A stretch of 55,060 bases of DNA, filler included, from Sphacelaria rigidula (taxonomy: Eukaryota): NCBI GenBank assembly GCA_964200075.2. It is 5 parts of 5 records of this genome, joined end to end, with 100 filler letters (N's around TTAATTAATTAA, not from the genome) between each part and the next. Parts side by side here need not be neighbours in the genome. Positions count along the whole stretch, not along the records: positions 1 to 10,932 come from CAXNAA020005655.1; positions 11,033 to 21,964 come from CAXNAA020005656.1; 3 more parts are not named here. The stretch is one strand, 5' to 3'. The translations under genes were made by a program, and so were the position numbers. Positions 1-13,244 of the stretch are shown here, one piece after another; the first letter of the stretch is position 1; each line of letters starts with the position of its first letter. The notes under the pieces were generated by a model, which did no database searches, had not been told where the DNA came from, and saw only the letters and a program-made list of their open reading frames with translations.

Positions 1-634
1 ATCTCCCGATCGATGCATTTAGCGGATGGCGATGAATTTTGGTGTGGAGAACCATAAAAGAGTGCCGGAAAAAAAAAAATGAGCCTTCATTTTTTTACAT
101 AGAGGTTAGGGCGTTCTCGTGAAGAAATGGTCTTCACCATAGTAGAACGCCCTAAACCAGTGAAAAAGATTGAAAAAAATCAACCTGACCCACTTTTTTT
201 TTTTTAAATCAAATATGCCTGAGAGAGCGTCCACACCAAAATTCTGTACACGAAAACCAAACACGGGCCAGTGAGTGGCCTGCGAAATACTGTTCCTAAT
301 TTCTGCCGACCCGGTTTTGTAACGGCCCATGCTCCCGCCAATATTTAGAGTTGGACCCTGAAATTTGGTATGGACAATGCATAGGGTGTGGAAAAAAATT
401 ACAGCTGCACCAAAACTTTTATTTTCATATTTTCATGAGTTAAGGGCAATCATCAGTTTTCAGGTTTCAGTAAAATGCCTTCAACTCATGAAAAAAAAAG
501 AACACTTCTGGTGCCGGTGTAATTTTTTTTTTTATTCCCTATTCATCTCATACCAAATTTCGGGGTCCAACTCCAAATACTGGCGGGAGCATGGGCCTGC
601 ACACTTCAAATCCGCCTCCAGGCTGGCCCAGCTC
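1..634. mobile_element. Right part of a non-autonomous Tc1/mariner-like DNA transposon (family of 5661-6927)
   Basis: Shares motifs AAATTTGGTATGGACAAT, TGAGTTAAGGGCA and CATACCAAATTT with 5661-6927; ends CAGGCTGGCCCAGCTCG followed by TA. Confidence 0.6.
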
Positions 635-1481
635 GTATGGATACCGATTTCGGATTTTTAGTGGGGCTGACAGTCCGGAGTGCTCTTGGCGTGCGCAGGA
701 CGCGTTATTGTCTGCCAACGCATAATTTGCGTAGAGCACCCTCTGCACCCCCTTTGCCCGAGGGTTCTCGGCATGCCTTGGCTTGAAGCTGGTGCGGGGG
801 TTGGGGTTGGGGTTAGGGATAGATTCCCAGCGGATGCAGTGAGCCTCCGAAGTGCGAAAGTTATCCCTCAGTATTGAGTAGCACAGCATTCGCTGAAAAG
901 GACCTCCCTGACTCAACCAATACCCCTCAAGCTGTCAGAGCATCGTCCCGCTGTGAATTACTTGAACAACGTTTCACGTTCAGCTTCTTATGGTGTGCGT
1001 GTTTTTTTTGTTTCAGGAGCAGAGAGGGGACATTTGGGGGATGACAACCTGTAAGCTGTGAGCTGGGGGTGCTTTGGGAGTACAGTTAGCAGCACACGCT
1101 GGGAGGGTGTGGTGTCTTGAAATTCTCAATCGTCCCTCATTCGGCCGAAGACAACACAACTTTGCGCACATGCGAGGCACTATCCTACCACGACCAAGGA
1201 TGTTTTCCTTGAACGTGAACGACCCCCCGTTTCATTTGTAGCCCTTGCTATTGAGTGCGGACACAAAAAAGTCTTGTCTGAGATTCATCGTGTTCCTATT
1301 TGGAGAAAGCAGCAACGGAGAGATACGCATCGTCAAGCAAGGCAAGCTGTACCAGCTCTGGACAATCGTCTGTAGCCACAAAATACGCTGGGCTGTGGAA
1401 TAAAGTAGGACACACAAAGCAACGTTTCCGTGAGATGGAGAGTAGATCGTTGGTTGAGAGTGGGTTATATCATCCCCTTTA

Positions 1482-1583
1482 CCCATTTGATCGCGAGGGT
1501 AGGTCACCTGCTGAATCGGCATCAATAGTCAGTTGAAAAAGTATGTATCATTCGGATGGACTACCTGCGCCGCGGTCTAGGGG
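1482..1583 (+). mobile_element. About 100-bp piggyBac-like MITE
   Basis: Homologous to 32016-32116; CCC...GGG ends, degenerate TTTA/TCAA flanks. Confidence 0.7.
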
Positions 1584-1659
1584 TCAACTTGGCCATTTTT
1601 TCATTCCTTGCGCGTGTGTGTTTTGCCTCTCATCACTGGCATGTGCCTACAGCTACACG

Positions 1660-1820
1660 TCGATATCCTACTCAGGGATATCAAGGACTTCAGTGGCAAG
1701 CTACTCTAGAAAGCATATCGGGCCTCGTAAAGGTGCATTTCGGAACTGAAACGATCCATTCATTAATTGGCCGCTTTTCACTCTCAATCATATCCTCTAC
1801 TCTCAATCTCACAAAAATAC
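1660..1820. repeat. Dispersed repeat, also at about 29775-29930 (reverse) and partly 32950-32985
   Basis: Shared GGGATATCAAGG..CTTCAGTGGCA..GGAACTGAAAC..CATTCATTAATTG..CACTCTCAA. Confidence 0.7.
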
Positions 1821-2735
1821 AGTTACAACTATCTGCGGCAGTTTACATGGTCGTATGCGATTGGTTTACAAAGAAATGTAGGCCTCATGTACAGAGACAA
1901 ATGCGGCGTAACTTCGGCGATGATATGGATACCTCGTCGAGTTCCACAGGGGACAGAAGGACGGAACACGCCGTCAACATATTGAGCTAGGAAGCATCGG
2001 CTTGGGCTACAAAATATTGTGTCTGGCCATCAACATTTCCCTGGCCTTAGCCGTGTCGGGCGCTTCTCCTGCAGTACAGAGTTCAACGCGCAGTGACCAT
2101 GTACTGCGTATTGTGAGATGTCCAGACAGTAGAGTGCCGTACAGACCGGCCTCGGCATCTCCTGCGATCACGACGGATGGGGGGAAAATGTAGTTGATCA
2201 GCACATGATTGGGAAAAGCCACGTCATACCAAGTTTCGCTGGAAATCCTTTTGCGGGGAGTTTGCAAACGTTTTGTGTTGTTCGCCTGACGAGTCAAATT
2301 CTTACGCGAACACTTTACTAAACTCCAAGCGCTCTCCCGAAACTCTTCACACTCTGGGAAGATCGTGCTCGGCGACGTATGTAATGGTATGTCCACTTTT
2401 TTTCTCGACAATATATTCGATTGGTAGATACCGGACTACGGGGTTTTGAAGTCGCCACTACAAAACAGCCGTGAATAAAAACGCTGTCGAAGTCGCGATA
2501 GCTCAGTTCAGTATGAATCAACAATCCCTGAGGGGGTGTTTATATTTTCCCAGATGGTGTACCCCACCGCGGGTCCTGCAACCATGTCTTTTTTGCATGG
2601 GTGGCTCTTGTCGTATTTTAGCGTCTGTCATGTCGCTTCGCAGTTCTGTAAATTCGTCAAATTCGTTGATTTTCACTTTCGGGTTCTGCCTGTTCTTAGG
2701 CAGCAACGAATGCAATTTTTCTGGGGTAGGCGCAT

Positions 2736-2960
2736 TTTGTTTTTTTCAGTCGTTTTTTTTTTTTTTTTTTTTTTTTTTTTTGTGTTTTTTTTTGTTTTTC
2801 TTTGTTTTTTTTTTTTTTGTTTTTTTTTTTTTTGTTCTTAGCCCCCCCCTATTTCTTTTTTTCTGTGCTCCCCCCTTTTTTTTTTTTTCTGTTTTTTTTT
2901 TTTTTTTTTTTTTTGCGTGCGCGCGAATCCGATCGGTCCGCATGGCATTTTTTTTTCGTG
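2736..2960. repeat. Poly-T low-complexity tract
   Basis: Long T runs; the poly-F/poly-K ORFs are artefacts of it. Confidence 0.9.
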
Positions 2961-3075
2961 TGTTTTCATGTTGTACGGAAGGCAGAGGTCACACCATTTG
3001 TGAGCTTGTATTGGAGTCTACACTACTGTGTAGAATCCTCAGAAGGAAGGTGAGGAACTTTATCGATTTTAATCT

Positions 3076-3127
3076 TTGATTGATTGTCGCACTTCAACTG
3101 ACCCCCCGGGGGTCCGTCGACCCGTGG
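3076..3127 (-). mobile_element. 3' end of a non-LTR retroelement (LINE/SINE) with (CAAT)n tail
   Basis: Reverse complement resembles 45582-45640: CCACGG..GGACCC..GGGGGTCAGTT.AAGTGCGACAATCAATC. Confidence 0.55.
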
Positions 3128-3768
3128 TCACACAATAGATGTACCCGAGACAAAACAAAACTGAAACACGTGCTGAAACGAAAAAAAGGAACGGAAACGG
3201 TATAACAGAACAACAGAGTAGACCAAGGGATAATTAAAAATGTAAAGAAAGAAAAGAGGGGAAACTAAAACAAGAGTAAAAAAAAGAAAAGACGAGAACT
3301 TGAGTGTGGACCTTACTCCTGTGTGCCCCCGGCTGATACGCCAATTTTTTTCGACCGAAACGTGTAGACTGGTGACTAAAATAGATGAGATGATAACACA
3401 CGATACCCAGCCGATTCGTCTTTGACAAACGCAACCCATCAGCCTGTACAGCCGGTGCTGGGTGCGACCTGAATATTTCAAGATAAGTCTTTACGATTTT
3501 AGGTTCGGCAGCAGGAGCCATGTGCGACGAAACCTACGTTCTCATTACGTTCCTATTCAGTTATCGCGTCGGCCGCATATTCAGTGCTCAAACACCCCAC
3601 CGTGTAGAATTGGTGATATCTTTGCTCACATAGCACTCGTTGAGACATGCCATTTTACGCTGTATGGCCAAGAAGCACCCATATCTCTACCGGTAAACTT
3701 GATCCCACCGCCGAAAAAAATAAAAAGATACAATAGGGTAAAAAATGAAACTACCAGCAGCAAAAACC

Positions 3769-5104
3769 TAAGGGCAGGTCGAGTGGGGCATACTCAATAC
3801 TCAGTATTTTTTTCAGGTCATACTCTTGGTACCCAAAATTTGGGTAGTGTAATGAAGTCGTACCCAAACAACACAAAATTTGGGTCAAGTATTTTGAATC
3901 ATAGCCAACATACCCAATTTTGGGGTGGAGCATTGAGGTCATACCCAGGTGATACTCTATACCGAGCTACTGCTGAGAGTGCTTACCCAATATTTGGGTA
4001 TAGTATTCGAGGTCGTACTCAATCTACCCAAAATTCGGGTAGAGTATTGAAATCATGCCCAAGTTATACTCTATACTCTGGTATTGCTGAGGGTACTTGA
4101 CCCAATATTTGGGGAAAGTATTTGAGGCCGTACCCAATATGTCCAAACCTTGGTTGGAGTAAATACTCGTGTATTTTACCCGAGTATTGAAGAGTACATA
4201 CCCTACCCGACTTGCCCTTGGCTATTTCGATCGAATACATGCGGAGGAAAGGTACGAAGGGGCACTTAACTCCCATCTTTCAGACCACCACGCCAGATAC
4301 CACCTGTTCACATAATCACGCAACCCTCCCCACAACTCATCCTCGGCTACCACTGCAACCCTGCAGCATAGAGCACGAGGTGGGCACAGGGATAGGTACA
4401 CTGCAGTAGTTGGAAATGGTGTTTTATTTTTTGTTAGCTCAAACTTGAGAATCTTTTTCATGGGAAAGATCAGCGACGGAACTGCGTGGTAGGGTGGACG
4501 ACCGATTTGCGTACACTCATGGACAGTGCAGGTAGAACAAAGCTGAAAGTTATTCAAGTCATTTTCACGTCGCACTGTAAGCAGAGAGTTCAGATAATCC
4601 TGCGCTGTTTGCACTGCACGTAGTCCCCTTCTGTTTCCCATCCTTCTGTACGAAACACGCACACACAGTACAGCATTGTACTGTAGACGAGCGAACAAAC
4701 GCAGCTTTACGGATTTCCCTGTCTTTTGATTCGATCGAAAAACATGCAAATTCGTTAGGACCCACCTCGCGGGAAATTAAGGAATTTGCTCAAATCGAGT
4801 TCATCGCACTTTTTGAACGATCGAAAAATGGTGTGCCCAGACACGGCCTTTATCGAAATCGTATCCAAACTACCCAAAACTTATATAGAGTATTATAGAT
4901 CGTATGCAAGATACACAATTTTTCGGTAGAGTATTATGGTCATCCTCGAGTGATACTCTGCACCCAGGTGTTGCTGAGAGTGCTTACGCGATATTTGGGT
5001 AGGGTCTTCGAGGTCGTACCCAATCTACCCAAACATTGGGTAGAGTAAATACCCGGGTATTTTACCCGAGTAGTCAAAAATACATATCCTACCCGCTGCC
5101 CTTG
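3769..5104. mobile_element. hAT-like non-autonomous element with internal TACCCAAAATTTGGGTA subrepeats and two right ends
   Basis: Starts (T)AAGGGCAGGTCGAGT; TGCCCTTG right ends at about 4220 and at 5104; flanks CAAAAACC / CAAAAATC (8-bp TSD, 1 mismatch). Confidence 0.65.
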
Positions 5105-5660
5105 CAAAAATCACATTCTCATGTCAAGGCTATTAGCATGATGGTCTTAAATGGTAGCTGCTAGCCGTAGCATGCTCCACCTGTGCGTGAAGCGATTAGA
5201 TGTGCTATCCAGCACAGCGTGAGTTTTGTACGATCACGCTTCAAACTATAGAAAACGACCGTCATCGAGCTTGTGCAGTAGTATGTGGACATGTCGTACC
5301 GGCTGTTGGGGGAAATGCACAGCTAATTTATGCGTTGCGGTGTCAAGAATTGAGCGGGGGGGGGGGGGGGCTTGCAGGAGTTAGCCATGGACACGATCTT
5401 GATACAGTTGAAGGCCAACATGATTGTGGTATCATGCTTCATAAAATCTACCGGCTCCAGCCTGTGGTGTCTATCAAGGGGGTGGTAAAGAACGTGGCAC
5501 TAAATCAGGCGAAGCACTGGGGACTACTCTGGAGCCAAAAAGTTGAATGTTCTTAGTTTAGCACCCGCAGCCTCCTGGGCTTTCCACAGTCTCGCCCGGA
5601 GAACAACAATTTCGTAGGCGAGGATGGTGCACGGGCGCTACAACAATTCCGCTTTCTGTA

Positions 5661-6927
5661 CAGGCTGGGCCAGCCTACAAGCGGATTTGTACTTTGCAGG
5701 CGAATTCGCAATTTTTTTCTTGGAGTTGGAAAATGAAATTTGGTATGGACAATCAACAGGGCATGAAGAAAAGCTGTCTGTGAGGTCCCAACGTTGTTTT
5801 TTTTCGTGAGTTAAGGGCATTTTACTAAAACCTCAAAACTGATTTTTGCCCTTATTTCACGCAAAAAAAAATTCGTTGGGACCTCACAGACAGCTTTTCT
5901 TCATGCATTGTTGATTGTCCATACCAAATTTCATTTTCCAACTCCAAGAAAAAAATTGCGAATTCGCAAAACTGATTTTTGCCCTTGATTTCACGAAAAA
6001 AAAATCGTTGGGACCTCACAGACAGCTTTTCTTCATGCACTGTTGATTATCCATACCAAATTTCACTTTCCAACTCCAAGAAAAAAAATGCGAATTTACC
6101 TTTGAAAAACCTTGTGCGGGACCTTGCTAGGTCGTGATGAACCAAGAAAATGAGTGAGGTTGGGTTTTATTTTATTTCTTCACTGATTGAGGGTATTTCA
6201 GTATGGTAACGATGATTTTTTTACGAGAACGCATGAACCTCTCATGAAAAAAAAAAATGAAGGCCAATTTTGTTATTTTACTCAGCATACCTCTGTCGTT
6301 CTCCATGCCAAGTTTCAAATCACAATTCTAAAAATTGAGCTGAAAAATTGAGTCAAGGCCCAAGACCAATGTTCATTTCTCCTCAAAACCCCCCTAAAAA
6401 CACGAAAAAAGATGAGAGAAAACGAAAAACAAAATCGGAAAAGCTGTGTTTTTTTCGTTATGCACTAGCGGTTCTCCATACCAAATTTCATAGTACAACT
6501 CTCGAAAACTGAGACGCGATATCCAGATTTTGGTCATCTAGAGCCTCTGCTCGTAATATACTGATTTTAGTATTGAACCTTATGTGCGCCATTTCTCGAG
6601 ATAGATAACGAATTAGGTGAGAGTGAGGGTATCTATCGTCTCCCTGGTGCTCCAGGGAAGGTCCACACCAAAAATCGTCATCATCCGCTTGATCGATCGT
6701 TCGGGGTTTCATATAGATTTTAATGTCGACGCTATCTCCGCTAGGTATAGGAATTACTAGACATCGGGTTTACTCGACAAGGAAAAATTGGCCCAGAGTT
6801 TTGAGCAGATGGGCACCTTCCCCTTGATCAGAAGATTAATACGATATGCGGATCACGGCCCAACTCGTCTGTGCCGTTGAGATATCGCTTTTAGAGCTCA
6901 AATATGTTTTTAGGCTGGCCCAGCCTG
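5661..6927. mobile_element. Non-autonomous Tc1/mariner-like DNA transposon
   Basis: 17-bp TIRs CAGGCTGGGCCAGCCTA / TAGGCTGGCCCAGCCTG, TA on the left; internal about 125-bp inverted and tandem duplications at 5700-6100. Confidence 0.7.
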
Positions 6928-7074
6928 TGTATATTTCTATATTTCTTGTTTGATCCATAAAAATGGAGCAGGTTGACCTTTCCATCGCCAGGGTGGGCGA
7001 TCCAGGTCTCATTCATTCTTCAAGTGAAGATGATGCCGATTCAACATATGATGAAATATCAGCCAGAGAGTTGA

Positions 7075-7174
7075 CACTTAGACCGCGGACGTAGTCCATC
7101 TGGATCACGCATACTTCTTTCAAGTGAGTATTGATGCCGATATCAGCAGGTGACTTACCCTCGCGGTCGAAGGG
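7075..7174 (-). mobile_element. About 100-bp piggyBac-like MITE
   Basis: Reverse copy of 32016-32116; flanked by TTGA on both sides. Confidence 0.75.
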
Positions 7175-8034
7175 TTGACATGGTTGAGCAGCCAAGTAAG
7201 CCTTCGTATCTCACTAGCGTTCCCGTTGACGGCGACAACCGCAGAGATGCGTGCGTACGCGATCGCAGAGCAGCCACTGGTAGTGTGCAAATATCACTAG
7301 AAGAGGTTACGAGCCATGTGCGTGGCAATACCCTAGAGAGCCCGGCCCCCAGTGTTTAGATGGAGGCTTGTCCCTCCCGCTGAAACAAAAAGGAACGTTT
7401 CCGAATCCCCGGCAGGAAAAAAAAAACGGCCTACTGACGCATGGACGCGCCCAACCCAGGGTGCGGCATGTGTTGAATCGGCATCAACTCCACCGGAATA
7501 ATTTTCTTGGGGTCCACATCATGCATCCATTTTGGCGGGCGAATGGGTTGACCCTTTTGAGCGGATTGGCTCTTTTGAACGGATTGGCTCTTTTGAACTG
7601 GTTGACCCTTCGACCGGCAGAGATGGTTCATGTACTGTATGTATTGGATGGACATCAGTGGTACCGCACTCGAAAAATGAGAACGTAGGAGATACATGAG
7701 ATGATCCATCCATGAGGTCAAAGGGTTCAAGTCGGAATACGCACAAGTTCAATGTTGCACTCTTCAAGCGAGCTAATCCGAGTGCTGATGAGGCCGTGTT
7801 TCATGTCTCATCAAATTATTCTTCGATCGAAAAAGTGCGGCGGAGAAGAAAAAAATCCTGTCTGATGGGTCAAAGGAATTGTCGTCATTTATACGGTATC
7901 CACGTCATTGATGTTGAAATGACGAAATGACCATCTATCAGATCCTCCCCCCCCCCGCACTTTTTCCATCAAAAATTATTCTGATGAAACATGGCCTGGT
8001 GAGCATGTGCCAGCAATACTGGGATGAAGACGTC

Positions 8035-8808
8035 CAAGGGCAGGTCGAGTAGAGTATACTCAATTACGGGGTATTTCGAAAGGTGTACTTGAGGTACGAG
8101 CTGGGCCAGCCAAGAGTAGGTGTGAATCTTGCTGAGGTGACGCACGGCGCGGTATCACGAGTTGGACGCTGAAATTTTGACAGCAGCTTTTCATGATCGA
8201 AATGCAGAACATCACGTCAGCAGCAAAGGAAGAAAAAAAAGCTATGGGCATGAGTCCGGGAAAAAAAGTAGAATCTGCAGTCGCTCACGTCAAGTATCAG
8301 TTACTTGGGTGCAGAAGGTCTATCTGAAATTTCAGCTCAACAGTCGTCGAATTGGGCCGTGCGTTCAACATTTTCCGTGACGCTGCCGCACTCCTATAAA
8401 TCAAGTGACGGGAGACTCCAATTATGGAGGTCATGAGTTCGAACCCCGAGATTTTCTCTTTTTTGTTCGTCCGTCGTGAAGGTTATACATTATGCAATAC
8501 ATTTTTATTATTATTTTTTTACATTCAGCGGCGGTGCCATGTGTTACGAGGTTGGTCTACACTTCACAGTGATGTGCTTACATCGGGTTCATTCGGGAAA
8601 CTGGGAAAGCTGTACGGTACTGTGAGCAAGTTTTAGCCGCTTTTAAGCTGACCCAGCTCGTACTCGAATGAGGGTAGAGTGTTAAGAGTCGTATACTCAA
8701 AAAATAGCTGGAAGGCGATCCCTAAAACCCTACCCCCCGGTTTGTGTGCTTCAAGTACGACTTTCAAAATACCCCGCAACAAGTTATACTCTACTCGAGC
8801 TGCCCTTG
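8035..8808. mobile_element. hAT-like MITE
   Basis: TIRs CAAGGGCAGGTCGAGTAGAGTATA / TATACTCTACTCGAGCTGCCCTTG; perfect 8-bp TSD AAGACGTC (8027-8034, 8809-8816). Confidence 0.85.
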
Positions 8809-9859
8809 AAGACGTCCTCCATCTGTATTCGTTTTGCCGCAATCCACCGTGATGTAAGATGCACCATACTCCTCTTTATATGCAGGAGGACTCAAACCAA
8901 GCCATCCAATTGTACCAACTGAAGGCCAGGAGCCACAGCCTCACTCCCCCCCCTCCGAGGCTGTCGAGAATGAGGGACAAGTGGGGGCACAAACATCATT
9001 CCTCCTTTTTCTTCACCAATACACTACGCGATCGAACAACGGCATCAATACCCAGGTATCTCCTGAGCGTGAGCACCTCACAAGCGCGGAGTTTGGGTGT
9101 TTTGTGGTGAGGGGTACACGCTCCGACAGCACTCTGGTTCAAAATCGAAACTGCGGCGGAATCTCCCGAAATTTCCGTACAGAGCATCTTGAGACCCTTC
9201 TTATACTAGGAAGCCTCAAACATCGTAGGTGGGGTTGTTTGAAGGCAGGCTCTCGCTGTAAGATTCTCGGAACTATGTGCACAGAAAAAATGGAGTAGAT
9301 TAGTAGGGAGGTCCCCGGAATCTCTCCAGCAAAAACAATACTACAGGCTGGTTCACGCAAAAAAAAAAACTGTCATGAGCAAATGCCTTCTGCAATACGC
9401 ACCCAATAACCGCATATATGGTATCATACTGACCGCAATGAACAGACGAAGAGGATGGCATAGCCGGGTTTTTGTTCTAGGCTAAAGCGGTGGCGTTATG
9501 GACAACAATGTGTATCGACCAATCAGCGCCTTCCAAACTGTTCCGAAATTGAAAATACGATTTCTAAGCCCAATTTCCTCCGAATCTCCACATGCTTCAA
9601 ATCTTAGTGACCGCCATCACCTCAACAATCTAACGGGAGAAACAGATTTGCAAATGGTTCCAACGTGGTCAAATTATACCCGAAACCGTAATGTATCGGT
9701 GATGTGGAGTTTGGCGTCGTCTAATTTCCACTCATGACACACGTCGGAAAGACTCAGGGAGCCTCGTGATGATTTATGTCTGTTGTAGAAAAGCTCAGAT
9801 CATCCTCAAACTTGGCAGTTCCGTAGGTATTGATGCTCCAAATGGGAAAATTGTGTTCT

Positions 9860-10932
9860 TGGCAAGAAGTCCAAGTTTTTCGTTTTCTACCGGCATCCGG
9901 GGGTCCCAGTACAAAGACCCCCGGAAGGCGGTACAGAATGACTCAAAAGAAACCATAATAACATGATGAGTCCCGGGATGGTCCAAGGAACACATGTACG
10001 AAGTTCGGTGGATAAACTCGAAAATTTCACACAATTTTTCCCGCCTTGACGTAAATTTCACCCCAAAAGATTTGTTCATACTTAAACCAAGTAGTAAGGA
10101 GTTTGCACGTTTCAAGCTCACATCCTCGCACAAACGCGCAAATCTTCACGCATTTATTAGGAGTTAGACCCTGAAACTATACACAAATGTACCATGAATC
10201 ATTCTGCACGTTTCGATCAACGAGGTTTTTCTACTTGGATTTTTTACCGTTTTTCAGGGGTCCGACGGGATTTAAGTCGTTTTTTCGAAGTCATCCATTC
10301 TGGGACCCCAGAAAACCGGCACTACGGCTCTTTTTTCATTGTTTTCGCGAACGCTTTGTCGCCGCCGAACCCCCCCAAAAAAAAACCACAGAGTTTCGTG
10401 GCCAAACTCGATTAACTTTGCATCACCCTTTTGGCCCAAGAACGCCATTTTCATACTGAAATCTGGTAGTTTGCCGTTTCACCGTGGCACGGCAAGGTTT
10501 ATCGCACAAACGCGAAAAACTGCAGTTTAAAGGAGTTAGACCCTGAATTTTTGCACAACTGTGCCATGGGTCATGACGCAACTTCAGATGGACGAGTTTT
10601 TTTTTTTTCACTTTTTTTTACCTTTTTCCGGGGGTCCGGCTGGATCGAAGTCCCCCCGAAAAAACTGGGACCCCGGAAGAACGGTAAAAAGAAAAAAGAA
10701 AAAAGAAAAAAAAATCGACTTTGGAAAGTTGCGTAATGATCCATACAAATCTGTGCAAAATTTCAGGGTCTAAGGCCGGATGTTGTGGCAAACAGATTTT
10801 GGTCCACGGATCGTTCACTTTTGGGACCTTTGACCCGCCTTTTGACCCTCAAACAGGGAAAACCGTCCACGGTTAGGACAAGGCATCACGACTCAAAATC
10901 ACCAAATTCACGATTTCTTCGGCCTGATTGCC
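9860..10932. repeat. Probable DNA transposon-derived repeat
   Basis: Repeated GGAGTTAGACCCTGAA and GGGACCCC motifs; CACGGTTAGGACAA..CATCACGACTCAAAATCACCAAATTCAC recurs at 43985-44028. Confidence 0.5.
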
Positions 10933-11032
10933 NNNNNNNNNNNNNNNNNNNNNNNNNNNNNNNNNNNNNNNNNNNNTTAATTAATTAANNNNNNNNNNNN
11001 NNNNNNNNNNNNNNNNNNNNNNNNNNNNNNNN
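10933..11032. other. Artificial 100-nt linker (N44-TTAATTAATTAA-N44); same at 21965-22064, 32997-33096, 44029-44128
   Basis: Identical spacer every 11,032 nt; 5 x 10,932 + 4 x 100 = 55,060. Confidence 0.98.
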
Positions 11033-13244
11033 CGGTTTTTCCCATTGCGTTGTATGTGAAGATTTTGCCTCCCAAAACCATGCACTTTCGGGGGGGGGGG
11101 CTATCGTAGAAAGTGTCAGGTATGCACATTCCCCTCTGATGTCTCCCTCGTTTGTCGTCATCGCGAATGGTCAACTGTAGAACGCAGACTTTCGGGATAC
11201 ATTCTCTATGTACGCAAGTTGCAGCACGGTGTTACGCCGCACCCTGGTGGTCGAATGGTACGACTGAAACCATCAGGTCGAAAACAAAAAAAAACACGTT
11301 CGACTTCCAGCAGACACGTTCTGTTTTTTTTGCGAACAGCATTTGATATTCGTTGCTGAAAACTTGAGGACGTGAGCAGCAAAGACAGGGTGTTTGACGA
11401 AAAGTTGACGCGGTGCGGGAGCGTTGGTCATGATCCAATACGCGAGACCAAAATGCAAGGCGTGTGCTGTACCGGGGGAGAGATGAGTGTATGGTTGATC
11501 CCTCGACACCATGGACTATTGCAGTCTCGACTAAGGAGAGGCCTTGAGGGTACGCTTCCCCCCCAAAACCTACAGCAGCTGGGGTGAGGTGTGTCTCTTC
11601 CTTTTCCAGCTATTTCGGTGTGTTGAGATTCATTTTCTTCTTAAGGCCGAACGCCTCTGAAGTCGCCATTACGTTCCAATACATGAGCAGTCGCTGGTTA
11701 AAAACTAATATACGCAGCCGGGGATCTTGACTTCTAGACAAAGAAACAGCACTCACTGATTTCTTCAGATACTACCGCGTGTAATGGTAACCCCCCTTCC
11801 CCTGTATGATATTTTTCGACGATCAGGGGCAGTTATTCGGCGAACGGATGATCAGGTATGCTAGAGGGTATTTTGATGGGTTCCCTCTTTGCGGTGGAGC
11901 ATGCCACACCCTACCACGCAGCGTTATTTCATAAAACGGATTTGCACTGTTTGCTTTTTTTCCCCGGTGTTATCAACGCTTCTGTTTCAAAACGATGAAT
12001 AAATGAGACGGTGGAGTTCCCGCCGTATTGCTCGAAAAAGAACAAAATGGCGTCGAGTCATTGATTTTGATGGTTTGATAGACTGATGCTCATGATTCAT
12101 TTGATGAATATCTATAGTGAATTCGCCTGATTTAGAAGAGACGATGGTCGATCTAGTGTGTTTTCATGCGTTTGTCTTCGATGATTCCATGTGGTGTTTG
12201 TCTCGAACTATTTAGATGTGGCCATGTCCGTTCCTGTTTAGTTGATCTTTGGAACGTCTAACAAGGCTCTCGTGAGAGTAAGATTGGAGCTCACGATTGA
12301 GAGTCAGCTATTAACCGGAAAATGTTGTTGTCGTGTGTTTCATTAGTGGAGGGAACGCTGACAAGTAATGGTAGGGACGGTCCGTTTTGTTGAACTAACA
12401 ATAAGAAGAAGGGCACGGGCATTCCAATCATCGAAACATTTTTCTCATCAATGGGCTGATGTACGTTGAGCAGTTTATGATATCCTCTCGTACATAATTC
12501 CATGAATTTCAAAAACGTTCTTCCGATTGATATGTTTTTTCAATACGAGTATAGGGTATTGACTCCTTGCGATTCCAAATAATGATATGTCGGCGTTTGT
12601 TTGCTTACAGGTTGTACACTCAACGGCTCACTCTTTGGAATGTTAACCCTTTGACTGCCAGGGTTGCGAATCAGGGTCACGTAGTAACTTTTGAAGTGAA
12701 AATGATGCCGATTCCACACAGTGCTGAAAAGCTCACTCATAATCAGGAGGTAGGCTCTCAATATCACGAAAATATTTTTTCCCCATTAAATAGATTTGTC
12801 GTCTGTTTCTTGCGTGTTTGCTGATTTGCATCTGCAATGAGGACATCTTAACCTTTTAAAGTATTCAATTTCCCCTGGATGATTGTCAGCCTTTTCTCTC
12901 AGGCAATGGAAAATACATGTTCAAGAATTCAACACTAACAATACCATTCGCGGTTCTCACCAGAAACTATTGTAACGGAATTGCCAGAATACTTTGTACA
13001 TTTATCTATCCTTAGGCAGATATTACACAAGATTTTGGCTCATCTGGTATATATATATGAAGAGTACTGTTCGTCGCCTGTCTATTGAGTCTTCTATGTC
13101 GTATCATGTGCAGACAATACGGTGCCAGTGTCGTGTTGTACACCGCACAGCTCGTCCTCTGAAAATATTTTCTGAATGATGAGAACCTACGTGAGAGATT
13201 TGTTTGCTGGGTGATCACAAGGGGTGGGGGGGGCGATATCTCAC

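Noticed and set aside
2471..3079. 202-aa Phe-rich ORF and Lys-rich antisense ORF
   Set aside because: Product of poly-T tracts.
3462..4100. 212-aa ORF with repeated motifs
   Set aside because: Reads through MITE subterminal repeats; no recognisable protein.
12291..12512. Possible piggyBac transposase relic (PIDE..FRLIADS)
   Set aside because: Similarity too weak to call without a profile search.
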